The position numbers and the translations under genes were made by a program. The notes below the pieces were generated by a model. The model worked only from the letters and a program-made list of their open reading frames with translations. It was not told the DNA's origin and searched no databases. Shown piece by piece: positions 48,827 through 56,696 of a DNA stretch of 64,000 bases. This stretch comes from Gemmatimonadales bacterium (GTDB lineage Bacteria; Gemmatimonadota; Gemmatimonadetes; Gemmatimonadales; GWC2-71-9), in NCBI GenBank assembly GCA_035575675.1, contig DATLXS010000182.1:880-64879 (forward strand), written 5' to 3'. Each line of letters begins with the position of its first letter. The stretch's first letter is position 1.

Positions 48827-48837
48827 GAGACGATCGC

Positions 48838-49581
48838 ATGCCCAAGGTGCACTGTTCGCTGTGTAACGCTCCCGTGGAGGGCCGCACGCTCGCGTCCCCG
48901 CAGAAGTTGGAAAACCGCATCATCGACCTGATAAAAAAAGACCGGCCGGAATGGGAAGGGACGCGTGGCATCTGCGCCAACTGCCTCGAGACCTATCGCG
49001 CCAAGAAGTTCGTGACCTATCTCGAAGCCGAGTATCAGAAGCTGTCGGAGCTCGAGCACTCAGTGGTCTCGAAGATCACGCGCCGCGGGCGGGTCAGTAA
49101 GCTCGTGCATCAGGACATGGAGACGTCGATGACGTTCGGCGAGCACGTGGCCGACAAGGTGGCGCAGTTTGGGGGAAGCTGGCGCTTCATCGGGCTCTTT
49201 GGAGGCATCCTGCTCGTGTGGATGGTGGTGAACGCCTGGGTGCTCGCGACCCATCCCTTCGACCCCTACCCCTTCATTCTCTTGAACCTCGTGCTGTCGA
49301 CGCTCGCGGCGCTCCAGGCGCCGGTGATCATGATGAGCCAGAACCGCCAGGCGCACAAAGACCGGATGCAGGCGAATCAGGATTACGAGATCAACTTGAT
49401 GGCGGAGATTGAAATCCGGGATCTACACGACAAGCTGGATTCGCTGCGATTCAAGCAATGGCACGAGCTGTGGCACATTCAAAAGCGGCAAATCGAACTG
49501 CTCGAGCATCTCTGCGCGAAGGGTGCGGATCCCGAGCTTAAGGCTCCCGCGCCGAGTCCCTATGTGCCCCCTGAACTCTGA
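48838..49581 (+). CDS. DUF1003-family membrane protein with N-terminal zinc ribbon
   Basis: 247 aa. AGGAGA RBS at 48825-48830. CSLC..CANC ribbon, then FGGSWRFIGLF..PYPFILLNLVLS..APVIMMSQNRQ..D (DUF1003 core). Confidence 0.75.
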   Translation: MPKVHCSLCNAPVEGRTLASPQKLENRIIDLIKKDRPEWEGTRGICANCLETYRAKKFVTYLEAEYQKLSELEHSVVSKITRRGRVSKLVHQDMETSMTFGEHVADKVAQFGGSWRFIGLFGGILLVWMVVNAWVLATHPFDPYPFILLNLVLSTLAALQAPVIMMSQNRQAHKDRMQANQDYEINLMAEIEIRDLHDKLDSLRFKQWHELWHIQKRQIELLEHLCAKGADPELKAPAPSPYVPPEL

Positions 49582-49652
49582 CGGTAGGCAAGGCGACGGT
49601 AGATGAAACGACGGTAGGTAAGGCGACGGTAGATAAAACGACGGTAGATACC
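49579..49652 (+). repeat. GACGGTAG 15-bp iteron array (left arm)
   Basis: T-GACGGTAGGCAAGGC GACGGTAGATGAAAC GACGGTAGGTAAGGC GACGGTAGATAAAAC GACGGTAGATACC. It begins inside the TGA stop of the DUF1003 gene and shows an alternating 30-bp higher-order repeat. Confidence 0.9.
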
Positions 49653-49692
49653 ATTTTGAGTTGTGGTTGATCGCCTCCCGAGATACTCCCTC

Positions 49693-50061
49693 ATGCTCGC
49701 GCATGAGAGAATCCACGCTTGGAAGTTGTGTCACGAGCTGGTGCTGGCTGTATACGATGCAACGACATCGTTTCCTAAACATGAACTCTACGGGTTGACC
49801 TCCCAAGCTCGGCGCGCCGCTTTTTCTGCGGCGGTCAACATTGTCGAAGGCTCCGCCAAGCGTGGCCCCGCCGAATTTCGACGATTCCCGGATATGAGTG
49901 TTGGTTCGCTTGCGGAGCTCGCCTACACGTTGCGTGTGGCGAAGGACCTGGGGTTCATTGATGACGAGCGCTGGCGGTCATTAGAACAACGTCGAAGACA
50001 AGCAGGCATGATGACGTGGAGACTCTACTCGGCGGTTGCGAGAGCGGCGAGAAGAGTGTGA
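49693..50061 (+). CDS. Four-helix-bundle protein (23S rRNA intervening-sequence protein / Avd-like family), paralog 2
   Basis: 122 aa from ATG 49693 (MLAHERIHAWKLCHELVLAVY..FPKHELYGLTSQARRAAFSAAVNIVEGSAKRGPAEFRRF). Aligns end to end with the 40360-40776 protein at roughly 60% identity by eye. Confidence 0.85.
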   Translation: MLAHERIHAWKLCHELVLAVYDATTSFPKHELYGLTSQARRAAFSAAVNIVEGSAKRGPAEFRRFPDMSVGSLAELAYTLRVAKDLGFIDDERWRSLEQRRRQAGMMTWRLYSAVARAARRV

Positions 50062-50063
50062 CA

Positions 50064-50132
50064 CTTACCGTCGCCTTATCTACCGTCCTTTACCGTCGTA
50101 TTATCTACCGTCGTATTATCTACGGTCGTCTC
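50064..50132 (-). repeat. CTACCGTC iteron array (right arm, inverted)
   Basis: CTTACCGTC GCCTTATCTACCGTC CTTTACCGTC GTATTATCTACCGTC GTATTATCTACGGTC. The array ends 1 nt before the TCA (minus-strand TGA stop, 50133-50135) of the 50133-50450 gene. Confidence 0.9.
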
Positions 50133-50450
50133 TCACCCCGCATCTTTCCAGTCAATCGCATAGCTGCGCCCACATTCGTGGCACTTGGCGTCCTTGCGAT
50201 TCTCGGGGACGACGGTCCGCGCGTGACATCCGGGGCACACCAGGTGTGGCTGGCGCACCACACTCCAGGCGCTGGGTCGCTCGCTCCGAATCTCGAGATC
50301 CGCTTTTGGGATCCGGATCTCCACGTGGTGCACATCCAGCACCACGAAGTCCTTGGGCGGATTTTCGACGACGCGATACCAGGCGCCGCGCCGGAGTCCC
50401 TGTCCTTCCGCACGATCACCGCGACTACGAGCCCAACCGATGTCAGCCAT
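50133..50450 (-). CDS. Hypothetical protein with C-terminal zinc ribbon
   Basis: 105 aa from MADIGW (ATG 50450, 8-nt overlap with the upstream GroES-like gene). C-terminal CPGC..(13)..CHEC. Confidence 0.45.
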   Translation of the reverse strand: MADIGWARSRGDRAEGQGLRRGAWYRVVENPPKDFVVLDVHHVEIRIPKADLEIRSERPSAWSVVRQPHLVCPGCHARTVVPENRKDAKCHECGRSYAIDWKDAG

Positions 50451-50808
50451 GCTTCCCTCGCACAAGGACGAGAATCGCCGCCTGTGGCACGACGAGATAC
50501 GTCTTACCCTCGAATGTGATTTCTACGGCCGCTTTCCGGAAAAAGAGCGCGTAGTCTCCCGCCTCCGCCTGCGTCGGCAAATACTTCACCTCAGCGCCGT
50601 GAATCTTCCACGGCTCCTCGTCCATGCTCGCCGGCTCGGGCATCGGGGTGCCGGGGCCGGTGGCGACGATGCGGCCGCCCTGCACCTGGCGGCCCTCGAT
50701 GGCGGAGGGAGGGAGATAGAGTCCGACGTTCGTGCGCTCCTCCCCCTCCTCGGGCGAGATGAGCACACGATCGCCGACGACGATCAAGCGCTTCGGGTCT
50801 TCCGGCAC
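50443..50808 (-). CDS. GroES/Cpn10-like protein (atypical, with insert)
   Basis: 121 aa. LIVVGDRVLISPEEGEERTNVGLYLP..A....QGGRIVATGPG ... GDYALF ... YLVV....ILV follows the GroES beta-barrel pattern. There is no groEL nearby. Confidence 0.55.
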   Translation of the reverse strand: MPEDPKRLIVVGDRVLISPEEGEERTNVGLYLPPSAIEGRQVQGGRIVATGPGTPMPEPASMDEEPWKIHGAEVKYLPTQAEAGDYALFFRKAAVEITFEGKTYLVVPQAAILVLVRGKHG

Positions 50809-50882
50809 GCCAGATGATTAGCCTTTCATGGGCATTTTGCGCAAGTCGCAAGGGTCCCGTGACGTCCATCACGCCCGTTTTC

Positions 50883-50909
50883 TTGACTTGAGGGGTCCGT
50901 TTTTATAAC
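50883..50909 (+). promoter_or_regulatory. Possible sigma-70-type promoter for the 50945 gene
   Basis: TTGACT (50883-50888), a 15-nt spacer, then TATAAC (50904-50909), 36 nt upstream of ATG 50945. The spacer is shorter than optimal. Confidence 0.25.
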
Positions 50910-50944
50910 AATGTGCCCGCCGACCTCCCTCTCCGGAGCCCTGA

Positions 50945-52168
50945 ATGCAAGAGGTAACGAACGCCGGGCAGACCCAACAGTGGAGCTTCGTGCTTCAGCA
51001 ACTGGTGCAGTGGGTTGTCGCGGGGTTTACGTGGATCGTCCCCATCCAGGCGCGCATCCTCGATTTCGTGCTGCGGGGTGAGTCCTTCTGGAGTCTCGCC
51101 GCGACGTCGGTGCTGCTGTTCCTGCCGGCGATGGCGGTCATCGGCGGATTGTGGCTGACGATGGCCGCGGTGTACACGATCCCGTTCCGGCTCGGTCGGT
51201 CGGTGACGCTCCTGCAGTCGGTCGCGCTGGCGTGGTGGGACGTGCTGCGCATGTCGTGGTTCTACTGGGCGGGCCTGGTGCGCTTCCTGATCGTCCTCAT
51301 CGGCTGGGTCTGGGGCCTGATCCAGTTGAGCGGGAGGCTCATCGTCGGCACGGTGAAGGGCGCGATCACGTCGCCGCTTGCCGTCCTGGACGCGACGTCG
51401 CGCCGTCCGGGCGTGCCGTGGCCCGCATTCTTCATGTTGGTGTTCTGGTCGATGATCGAGGCCACAATTTTCACCTTCACGCTGAAGCCGACGGCGAGTG
51501 AGTTGCTCGGCGAGCTCACCGGCTACGAGGTCAACGGGTTCGCGTTCATGATGTTGCTCTGGCTGTTCCTGTGGGTTCTGGTCGCGGGCAGCTTCGCGTG
51601 CATTCAAGTCTTGAACGAGGCCATCAAGAGCAAAAAGTACGGGCAGATTGTCTCGATGGTGGCCATCGAAATCGCCGTGGCGATGTTCGAGGTGCTGTTC
51701 CTGTATCGCGAGCTGGTCGACGCCATGACGCCGTGGCTCGCGCAGCAGGGCGTTCAGCTCACAGCCATTGAGACGATCGGACTCGCGTTCTTTGCCTGGG
51801 TCGGCGTGCGCGGCATGACGTGGTTCCTGTTCGGCCGCTTCGGCGCGCCGGCGATGATCGCGCTCCTCGGCCGCCAGGGGTTGGTCGTCGAGGGTGGAGC
51901 CGGCCACGGGCCCGCGCCGCAGATGGCCGACTACTGGAAGGGGCCGATCGCGGCCCTCAAAGCGGAACGCGAATGGTTTCGCAAGGAGGCGCGGGAGGTG
52001 TTCGAGCTGGCGTCGCTCCCGGTTCTGCAGGTGGTTGCCGCGGGGCTGAACTTCCTGTTCGTCGTCTTCACGGGCCGCGGCCACTTTACGTTGCCGTTCA
52101 AGTCGATCGACGAGGTGCTCGCGGCCACGCATTTCCCCGCTCGCGTGAGCGGCGAGGTGGCGCGATGA
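50945..52168 (+). CDS. Polytopic inner-membrane protein, unknown family
   Basis: 407 aa with about 8-9 hydrophobic, Trp/Phe-rich segments (e.g. FWSLAATSVLLFLPAMAVIGGLWL, WFYWAGLVRFLIVLIGWVWGLI, GFAFMMLLWLFLWVLVAGSF). I recognise no motif. Confidence 0.6.
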   Translation: MQEVTNAGQTQQWSFVLQQLVQWVVAGFTWIVPIQARILDFVLRGESFWSLAATSVLLFLPAMAVIGGLWLTMAAVYTIPFRLGRSVTLLQSVALAWWDVLRMSWFYWAGLVRFLIVLIGWVWGLIQLSGRLIVGTVKGAITSPLAVLDATSRRPGVPWPAFFMLVFWSMIEATIFTFTLKPTASELLGELTGYEVNGFAFMMLLWLFLWVLVAGSFACIQVLNEAIKSKKYGQIVSMVAIEIAVAMFEVLFLYRELVDAMTPWLAQQGVQLTAIETIGLAFFAWVGVRGMTWFLFGRFGAPAMIALLGRQGLVVEGGAGHGPAPQMADYWKGPIAALKAEREWFRKEAREVFELASLPVLQVVAAGLNFLFVVFTGRGHFTLPFKSIDEVLAATHFPARVSGEVAR

Positions 52169-52914
52169 AGCGCGTGGTCCTGGCGCTCAGCCTCCTGGCG
52201 GTCGCGTGCGCGCCGAAAGCTGGTGGGCCGCCGCCGCGGTCGACGCTGGTGGTGGGACTCGATGTCTCGGGCTCGTTCCGCAACAGCGGGCGCTTCGACG
52301 ACGCGATGCGCTACGCCGCGTTGTACATCTACGGGCACGTCAACGGCCTCGGCGGTCTCAAGCAGGCGACCGACGTCTTTGTCGGATCGCTCGGCGGCGA
52401 CGTCGTGGGCCAGCCCAAGACATTCCACCCGATTCAGGACTTGGGCGGCAAGACGCCGGCGGAGATCGAGCGCGACCTGCGCGCCTGGTTCCCTGACGTC
52501 GATGCCCTCACCGACTTCAACGCCTTTTTCCAGCGCGTGGCGGTGCACATCAAGCGCCAGAACCTGGTGCTGGCACCGCTCAATATCGTGATGTTCTCGG
52601 ACGGCCTGCCCGATCTTCCGGGCGCGCGCCGCATGCAGCCCAAAGAGCTCTATGGGAAGGTTGATCTGAGTCCGATCGAGTACCTGTCGCGCAACGTGAC
52701 GGTCCGGCTCCTGTACGCCGACCCACCGATCGCGCAGAACTGGGAAAGGCTCGTCCCCCGCAATCGCGTGAAGATCTGGACGCAGGACGCCCAGGTCATG
52801 GATGGGTGGCACCGTCACGAGGTGGCGGGTGTCCCGATGGAGCGGCAGGACTCGCTCTGGAGTTGGACGGAGCAGATTGTCGACTTCCGCGTCCGCCGCG
52901 GCAAAATTCTCTAA
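52165..52914 (+). CDS. vWA-like (MIDAS-motif) lipoprotein
   Basis: 249 aa. ATGA overlap with the membrane protein gene. Lipobox LLAVAC. LVVGLDVSGSF (DxSxS) and IVMFSDGLPD are characteristic of von Willebrand A domains. Confidence 0.6.
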   Translation: MKRVVLALSLLAVACAPKAGGPPPRSTLVVGLDVSGSFRNSGRFDDAMRYAALYIYGHVNGLGGLKQATDVFVGSLGGDVVGQPKTFHPIQDLGGKTPAEIERDLRAWFPDVDALTDFNAFFQRVAVHIKRQNLVLAPLNIVMFSDGLPDLPGARRMQPKELYGKVDLSPIEYLSRNVTVRLLYADPPIAQNWERLVPRNRVKIWTQDAQVMDGWHRHEVAGVPMERQDSLWSWTEQIVDFRVRRGKIL

Positions 52915-52918
52915 AAAC

Positions 52919-53013
52919 GACGGTAAGGGACGGTAGGTGAAACGACGGTAAGGGACGGTAAACCCTTACCGTCGTTTACCGTCGTAGTACCTACCGTCGC
53001 ATTACCTACCGTC
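52919..53013. repeat. Back-to-back inverted GACGGTA arrays with no cargo ('empty' hairpin)
   Basis: GACGGTAAGG GACGGTAGGTGAAAC GACGGTAAGG GACGGTAAAC | CCTTACCGTC GTTTACCGTC GTAGTACCTACCGTC GCATTACCTACCGTC. It sits between convergent genes, and the TAG stop of the methyltransferase (53006-53008) lies inside the array. Confidence 0.9.
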
Positions 53014-53806
53014 GATTCTCCAGGCTCACCGTCCGTATCCACTCGGCGGGATCCGTCGGCGCGTGAGGTACCAGCCCCCGCCACACCTTGTAGCGCAGCT
53101 TCCGCAAGCCGGTCAGCGCACGCCCATCCGCAAACGGAATCAGTCGCCGCACTCGTCGCGCCAGGGCCAGCCGCGCGGCGCGCCACCGCGCGCCGTCGCC
53201 CGGCCGATATTGCGCCCACCCGATCGAGCCGCAGAGACCCGCAGGACCGAATTGGTCTGAGGCGAGCAGCTCCTCGGCAAACACGCGCACCGGCCCCTCA
53301 AAGCTGTGCAGTACGTCATGCATCGCGACGATCGCACCCGGCGCCAGGTGCGGCCGAAAGAGGTCGATATCCTCCTTCGCGCCGCGGTACGTGTGGTCGC
53401 CGTCGATCCACAGGAACCGGATCGACCGAGTCCACCCCTGCGCGAGGTCACGGGAATAGGCGCGATGCGCCTCGACAGTTCGCTCGACGCCTGCGTCGCG
53501 CAGCGACGCCTGGAAGTCATCCCACGACGATTGCTGCGAGCCATGTCCAAAGTCTGTGACGGCGGGGGCGGAGTGCGGATCGACGCTTACGACGGGGCCG
53601 AGGCCATAGTGCTGCGCGATGGAGGCCAGCCCAACGGTGGACTTTCCCTTGTAGCTCCCGATCTCGAGGATCGTCCCGCGGGCGGGGGCGCACGCCGCCG
53701 CGAGCGCCAGGAACCGCGCTTCGCGCTCCGTTAAAAACCCCGGAGCGGCCCGGACGCGTGTCCAGGCCTCCTCAACGGCTTGTCCAAGATCAGACGGCGT
53801 GGTCAG
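53006..53806 (-). CDS. Class I SAM-dependent methyltransferase (Methyltransf_24-like)
   Basis: GTILEIGSYKGKSTVGLA (motif I), VVSVDPH and LWIDGDHTY. Homology begins near FLTEREARFL. There is no ATG/GTG/TTG in frame between 54079 and the domain. CTG at 53806 would make a CTGA overlap with the bacilliredoxin stop. Confidence 0.65.
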   Translation of the reverse strand: MTTPSDLGQAVEEAWTRVRAAPGFLTEREARFLALAAACAPARGTILEIGSYKGKSTVGLASIAQHYGLGPVVSVDPHSAPAVTDFGHGSQQSSWDDFQASLRDAGVERTVEAHRAYSRDLAQGWTRSIRFLWIDGDHTYRGAKEDIDLFRPHLAPGAIVAMHDVLHSFEGPVRVFAEELLASDQFGPAGLCGSIGWAQYRPGDGARWRAARLALARRVRRLIPFADGRALTGLRKLRYKVWRGLVPHAPTDPAEWIRTVSLENRR

Positions 53807-54237
53807 CAGTGCTGCTCGAATGCCGCGGTCAGGTCGGCCGCGATGTCGCGCGCGTTCCGCCCTTCGATGTTGCGCCGCTCCAGCATGAACACGATCCGCC
53901 CGTCCTTGAACAGGGCGATCTGCGGCGACGACGGTGCGTACCCGGTGAAGTAGCTGCGGGCGCGTGCCGTCGCGTCGGCATCCTGCCCCGCGAATACGGT
54001 GACGAGACGCGCGGGACGGCGATCGTGTTGGATCGCCAGCGCCGCCGCGGGCCGGGCATTGCGGGCGGCACAGCCGCACACCGAGTTCACCACGACGAGG
54101 GTCGGCGCGCGTTCGCTGGCGAGCACGCCGTCCACCTCTTCAGGCGTCCGCAGCTCTTCGAAGCCCAGACGGGTCAGCTCCTCCCGCATCGGGCGGACCA
54201 TCTCGGGATCGTACATCGGGACGTTCAGATTGCGCAT
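53803..54237 (-). CDS. Bacilliredoxin (BrxA/BrxB, DUF1094 family)
   Basis: 144 aa. TLVVVNSVCGCAARNARPAA (CGC redox motif), TVFAGQD, YFTGY.PSSP and C-terminal LTAAFEQHC. Matches B. subtilis YphP/YqiW along its whole length, from memory. Confidence 0.8.
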   Translation of the reverse strand: MRNLNVPMYDPEMVRPMREELTRLGFEELRTPEEVDGVLASERAPTLVVVNSVCGCAARNARPAAALAIQHDRRPARLVTVFAGQDADATARARSYFTGYAPSSPQIALFKDGRIVFMLERRNIEGRNARDIAADLTAAFEQHC

Positions 54238-54244
54238 ACGCTCC

Positions 54245-55003
54245 TCATTTCTGTAAGAACGCGCTCAGCGCTGCCCGGAAGTCGGGCGTGCTTCTGCTGA
54301 CCGCATTGACATCGGCGCCGAGCCGCAGGCCGTCCTCGAAGCTCAGCCCATCGAGCTGGTAGAACTGCTGCTTGGTGAACGCGAGCGCCGATGGGCTCGC
54401 CTCCGCGAGCACGCGCAGTACCTCGCCTGCCTGCTCCTCGAAGTCCGCATCCTCATACACCCGCGACGCGAGTCCCGCCGCGGCGGCCGCGGTGCCGTCG
54501 AGCAGCCGCCCCGTCGTCGCGAGGTCGAACGCGATCTTCTCGCCCACCGCGCGCCGCAGCATCGTCATCACGATGGCCGGGACAAAGCCGCGCTGGACCT
54601 CGGGGTAGCCGAACTGTGCCGATTCCGCCGCCACAACGAGATCGGATGCCGTCGCGAGCCCGCAGCCGCCCGCGAGCGCGCGTCCCTGCACCAGCGCGAC
54701 GATCGGCTTGGGCAGCCGCCGCATCCGCATGAAGACCTGCGCAAAATGCAACGCGGCCTGACGGTTCTGCTCGAGCGTGTGGTCGGCCGAGGCGAGCAGC
54801 TCGTTCAAATCCATGCCGGCGCAGAAATCTCTGCCGCTGCCGCGCACTGCGACCACCCGCACCGATGCATCCAGATCGGCTCGCTCGATCGCCGCGAGCA
54901 ACCCGTCGATCATCGCGGCGTCGATCGCGTTGCGCTTGTCGGCGCGGTTCAACGTCGCGGTGAGCACCCCACCCGCGAGCTCGGTCAGGACGCGCTCGCT
55001 CAC
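54245..55003 (-). CDS. Enoyl-CoA hydratase/isomerase family protein
   Basis: 252 aa. LNRADKRNAI, FCAGMDL and VQGRALAGGCGLATASD. Confidence 0.85.
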   Translation of the reverse strand: MSERVLTELAGGVLTATLNRADKRNAIDAAMIDGLLAAIERADLDASVRVVAVRGSGRDFCAGMDLNELLASADHTLEQNRQAALHFAQVFMRMRRLPKPIVALVQGRALAGGCGLATASDLVVAAESAQFGYPEVQRGFVPAIVMTMLRRAVGEKIAFDLATTGRLLDGTAAAAAGLASRVYEDADFEEQAGEVLRVLAEASPSALAFTKQQFYQLDGLSFEDGLRLGADVNAVSRSTPDFRAALSAFLQK

Positions 55004-55317
55004 TTGCGCACCTCGATCTCCATGCGGAGCAGTGCGGTGGAGAAGACCTTGCCCTGTGCGTCCGTCTTGAGCGAGATCGTGCCACCACCATCGAGCGCGC
55101 CGTGCAGCAGGAAGTTCAGCGCGAAGAGGTTGGGCAGCTCGAAGCGTTCGACCGTGCCGGTAATCATGCCCTTAAAATGCCGTGCGACGCGCGCCGCCGT
55201 CACCTGCTTCACGAGCAGCGGGTAATCCTTGGGCTTGAGTGCAATCAGGCCAATGTTGGCCGTGTCGCCCTTGTCGCCCGAGCGTGCATGCGCCAGCTCC
55301 ACGAGTTTGCGTTTCAT
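55000..55317 (-). CDS. AtuA-related C-terminal-domain protein (stand-alone)
   Basis: 105 aa. LAHARSGDKGDTANIGLIA.. resembles the C-terminal module of long AtuA proteins. Overlap-coupled on both sides (ATGA, GTGA). Confidence 0.55.
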   Translation of the reverse strand: MKRKLVELAHARSGDKGDTANIGLIALKPKDYPLLVKQVTAARVARHFKGMITGTVERFELPNLFALNFLLHGALDGGGTISLKTDAQGKVFSTALLRMEIEVRK

Positions 55318-56696
55318 GCCTGGATCAGCTCCACTCCGTGCTGCACCATCCGTTTGTCGATCAACGCCGGCCAGTACGCCACGATTTCCTCGGGCTTCGG
55401 GCGTCCGCCGGCAAAACCGGTCACGCTGGGCGGTCCATTGAGAATCAGCGGCGCGATCTCGCGCGTAAACCGATCGACCGGGGCCTCGTCCCGCGCCCGC
55501 ACGCCGACCCGCAGCTGCACTTCGGGCAGCGTCGCGACGTCCACGTCCTTGAGGGCGAGCGGGCCATGGGTGGCGGTGGCGCCGACAAACTCGGTGTGGA
55601 TCGCCTCGAACGCGAGCCGGAGGTCCTTGAGACGCTGGCGGAGGATGCGATCGGCGGCCTTCGCCTTCTCGAGCGCATCGGGCCAGGCGTAGACGAGCGT
55701 ACCGATCGCCTTGTAGCCGTAGAAGTAGGCGAGCGAGACTTTCAGCTTATCGGTCGCCGGCTTTCCCCTGACACCAGACACCTGCACCCGGTCTTTGCCG
55801 GCCTGGCGCAATTGGATCGTCGTAAAGTCGGCCACGCCGTCGGGCGTGATGTACGCCCGTGGATCGCCCATCTCGTAGACCAGTTGCTCCGTGACAGACG
55901 CGACGTCGATGCGCCCGCCGGTCTGCGGATGCTTGATGAGATCGAACGTGCCGTCGGCGCGGGCTTCGACGATCGGGTACCCGACGTTCGCCAGGTCGGG
56001 AATGTGCTGCCAGTCGCGCAGGCAGTTGCCGCCGCTGCACTGCGCGCCGCATTCGATGATGTGTCCCGCGACCGTGCCCGCGGCGATCTCGTTCCAGGCG
56101 TCCGGGGCCCAGCCAAACGCGTGCATCAATGGTCCGAGCGTCAGGCCGGTGTCGGTGACACGTCCCGTGATCACGACCTGGGCGCCGCGCTGCAAGGCAT
56201 CCACCACCGGAGCGGCGCCGAGATACGCGTTGGCCGACAGCACGCGGTCACGAACGTCGCCTAACGGTCGCCCGGTATCGAGGTTGGCGAGCGTATGGCC
56301 GCGCGCCATCAAGCCGTCCAGCCGGCCCAGCAGGTCGTCACCGGTCACGACGCCGATCGTGAGCTTGCCGCCAAGCTTGAGCTTCCGCGCCACCTCGGCG
56401 ACGGCCATGGCACACGCGCGGGGATTCACCCCGCCCGCGTTGGCGGTCACTTTGATGCCGCGCTCGACGACGGTGGGAAGGATACGCTCCATCTGCGTCA
56501 CGAAGTCGGTCGCGTAGCCGCGTGCCGGATCGCGCGACTTCTGTTTTTGCAGGATGGACATGGTGACTTCGGCGAGGTAGTCCATCATGAGGTAATCGAT
56601 CGGGCCGCCGCTCACCTGGCGGTACGGCGCCTCCAGCCAGTCTCCCCAAAACCCCTGCCCTCCCGCGACTCGGACGGTCGCCGGACGGGCCGTCAC
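55314..56696 (-). CDS. DUF1446 / AtuA-family (acyclic terpene utilisation) protein
   Basis: 460 aa. VRVAGGQGFWGDW..IDYLMMDYLAEVTMSIL N-terminal signature. Confidence 0.75.
   Translation of the reverse strand: MTARPATVRVAGGQGFWGDWLEAPYRQVSGGPIDYLMMDYLAEVTMSILQKQKSRDPARGYATDFVTQMERILPTVVERGIKVTANAGGVNPRACAMAVAEVARKLKLGGKLTIGVVTGDDLLGRLDGLMARGHTLANLDTGRPLGDVRDRVLSANAYLGAAPVVDALQRGAQVVITGRVTDTGLTLGPLMHAFGWAPDAWNEIAAGTVAGHIIECGAQCSGGNCLRDWQHIPDLANVGYPIVEARADGTFDLIKHPQTGGRIDVASVTEQLVYEMGDPRAYITPDGVADFTTIQLRQAGKDRVQVSGVRGKPATDKLKVSLAYFYGYKAIGTLVYAWPDALEKAKAADRILRQRLKDLRLAFEAIHTEFVGATATHGPLALKDVDVATLPEVQLRVGVRARDEAPVDRFTREIAPLILNGPPSVTGFAGGRPKPEEIVAYWPALIDKRMVQHGVELIQA

Larger units (their letters stand above)
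49579..50135 (+). mobile_element. Candidate IVS-like / REPIN-like cassette: second four-helix-bundle gene between inverted GACGGTAG arrays
   Basis: G-rich array 49579-49652, gene 49693-50061, C-rich array 50064-50132. Both outer ends touch stop codons of the convergent flanking genes. Confidence 0.3.

Noticed and set aside
40360-50061. Four-helix-bundle genes as Avd subunits of a diversity-generating retroelement
   Set aside because: No reverse transcriptase ORF and no template/variable repeat pair was seen anywhere in the window. The only link is fold-family resemblance.
40363-53013. Could the tandem arrays be CRISPR arrays?
   Set aside because: The period is only 7-15 bp with no unique spacers, arrays have 3-5 units, and no cas genes are present. 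The units are contiguous iterons, not repeat-spacer structures.
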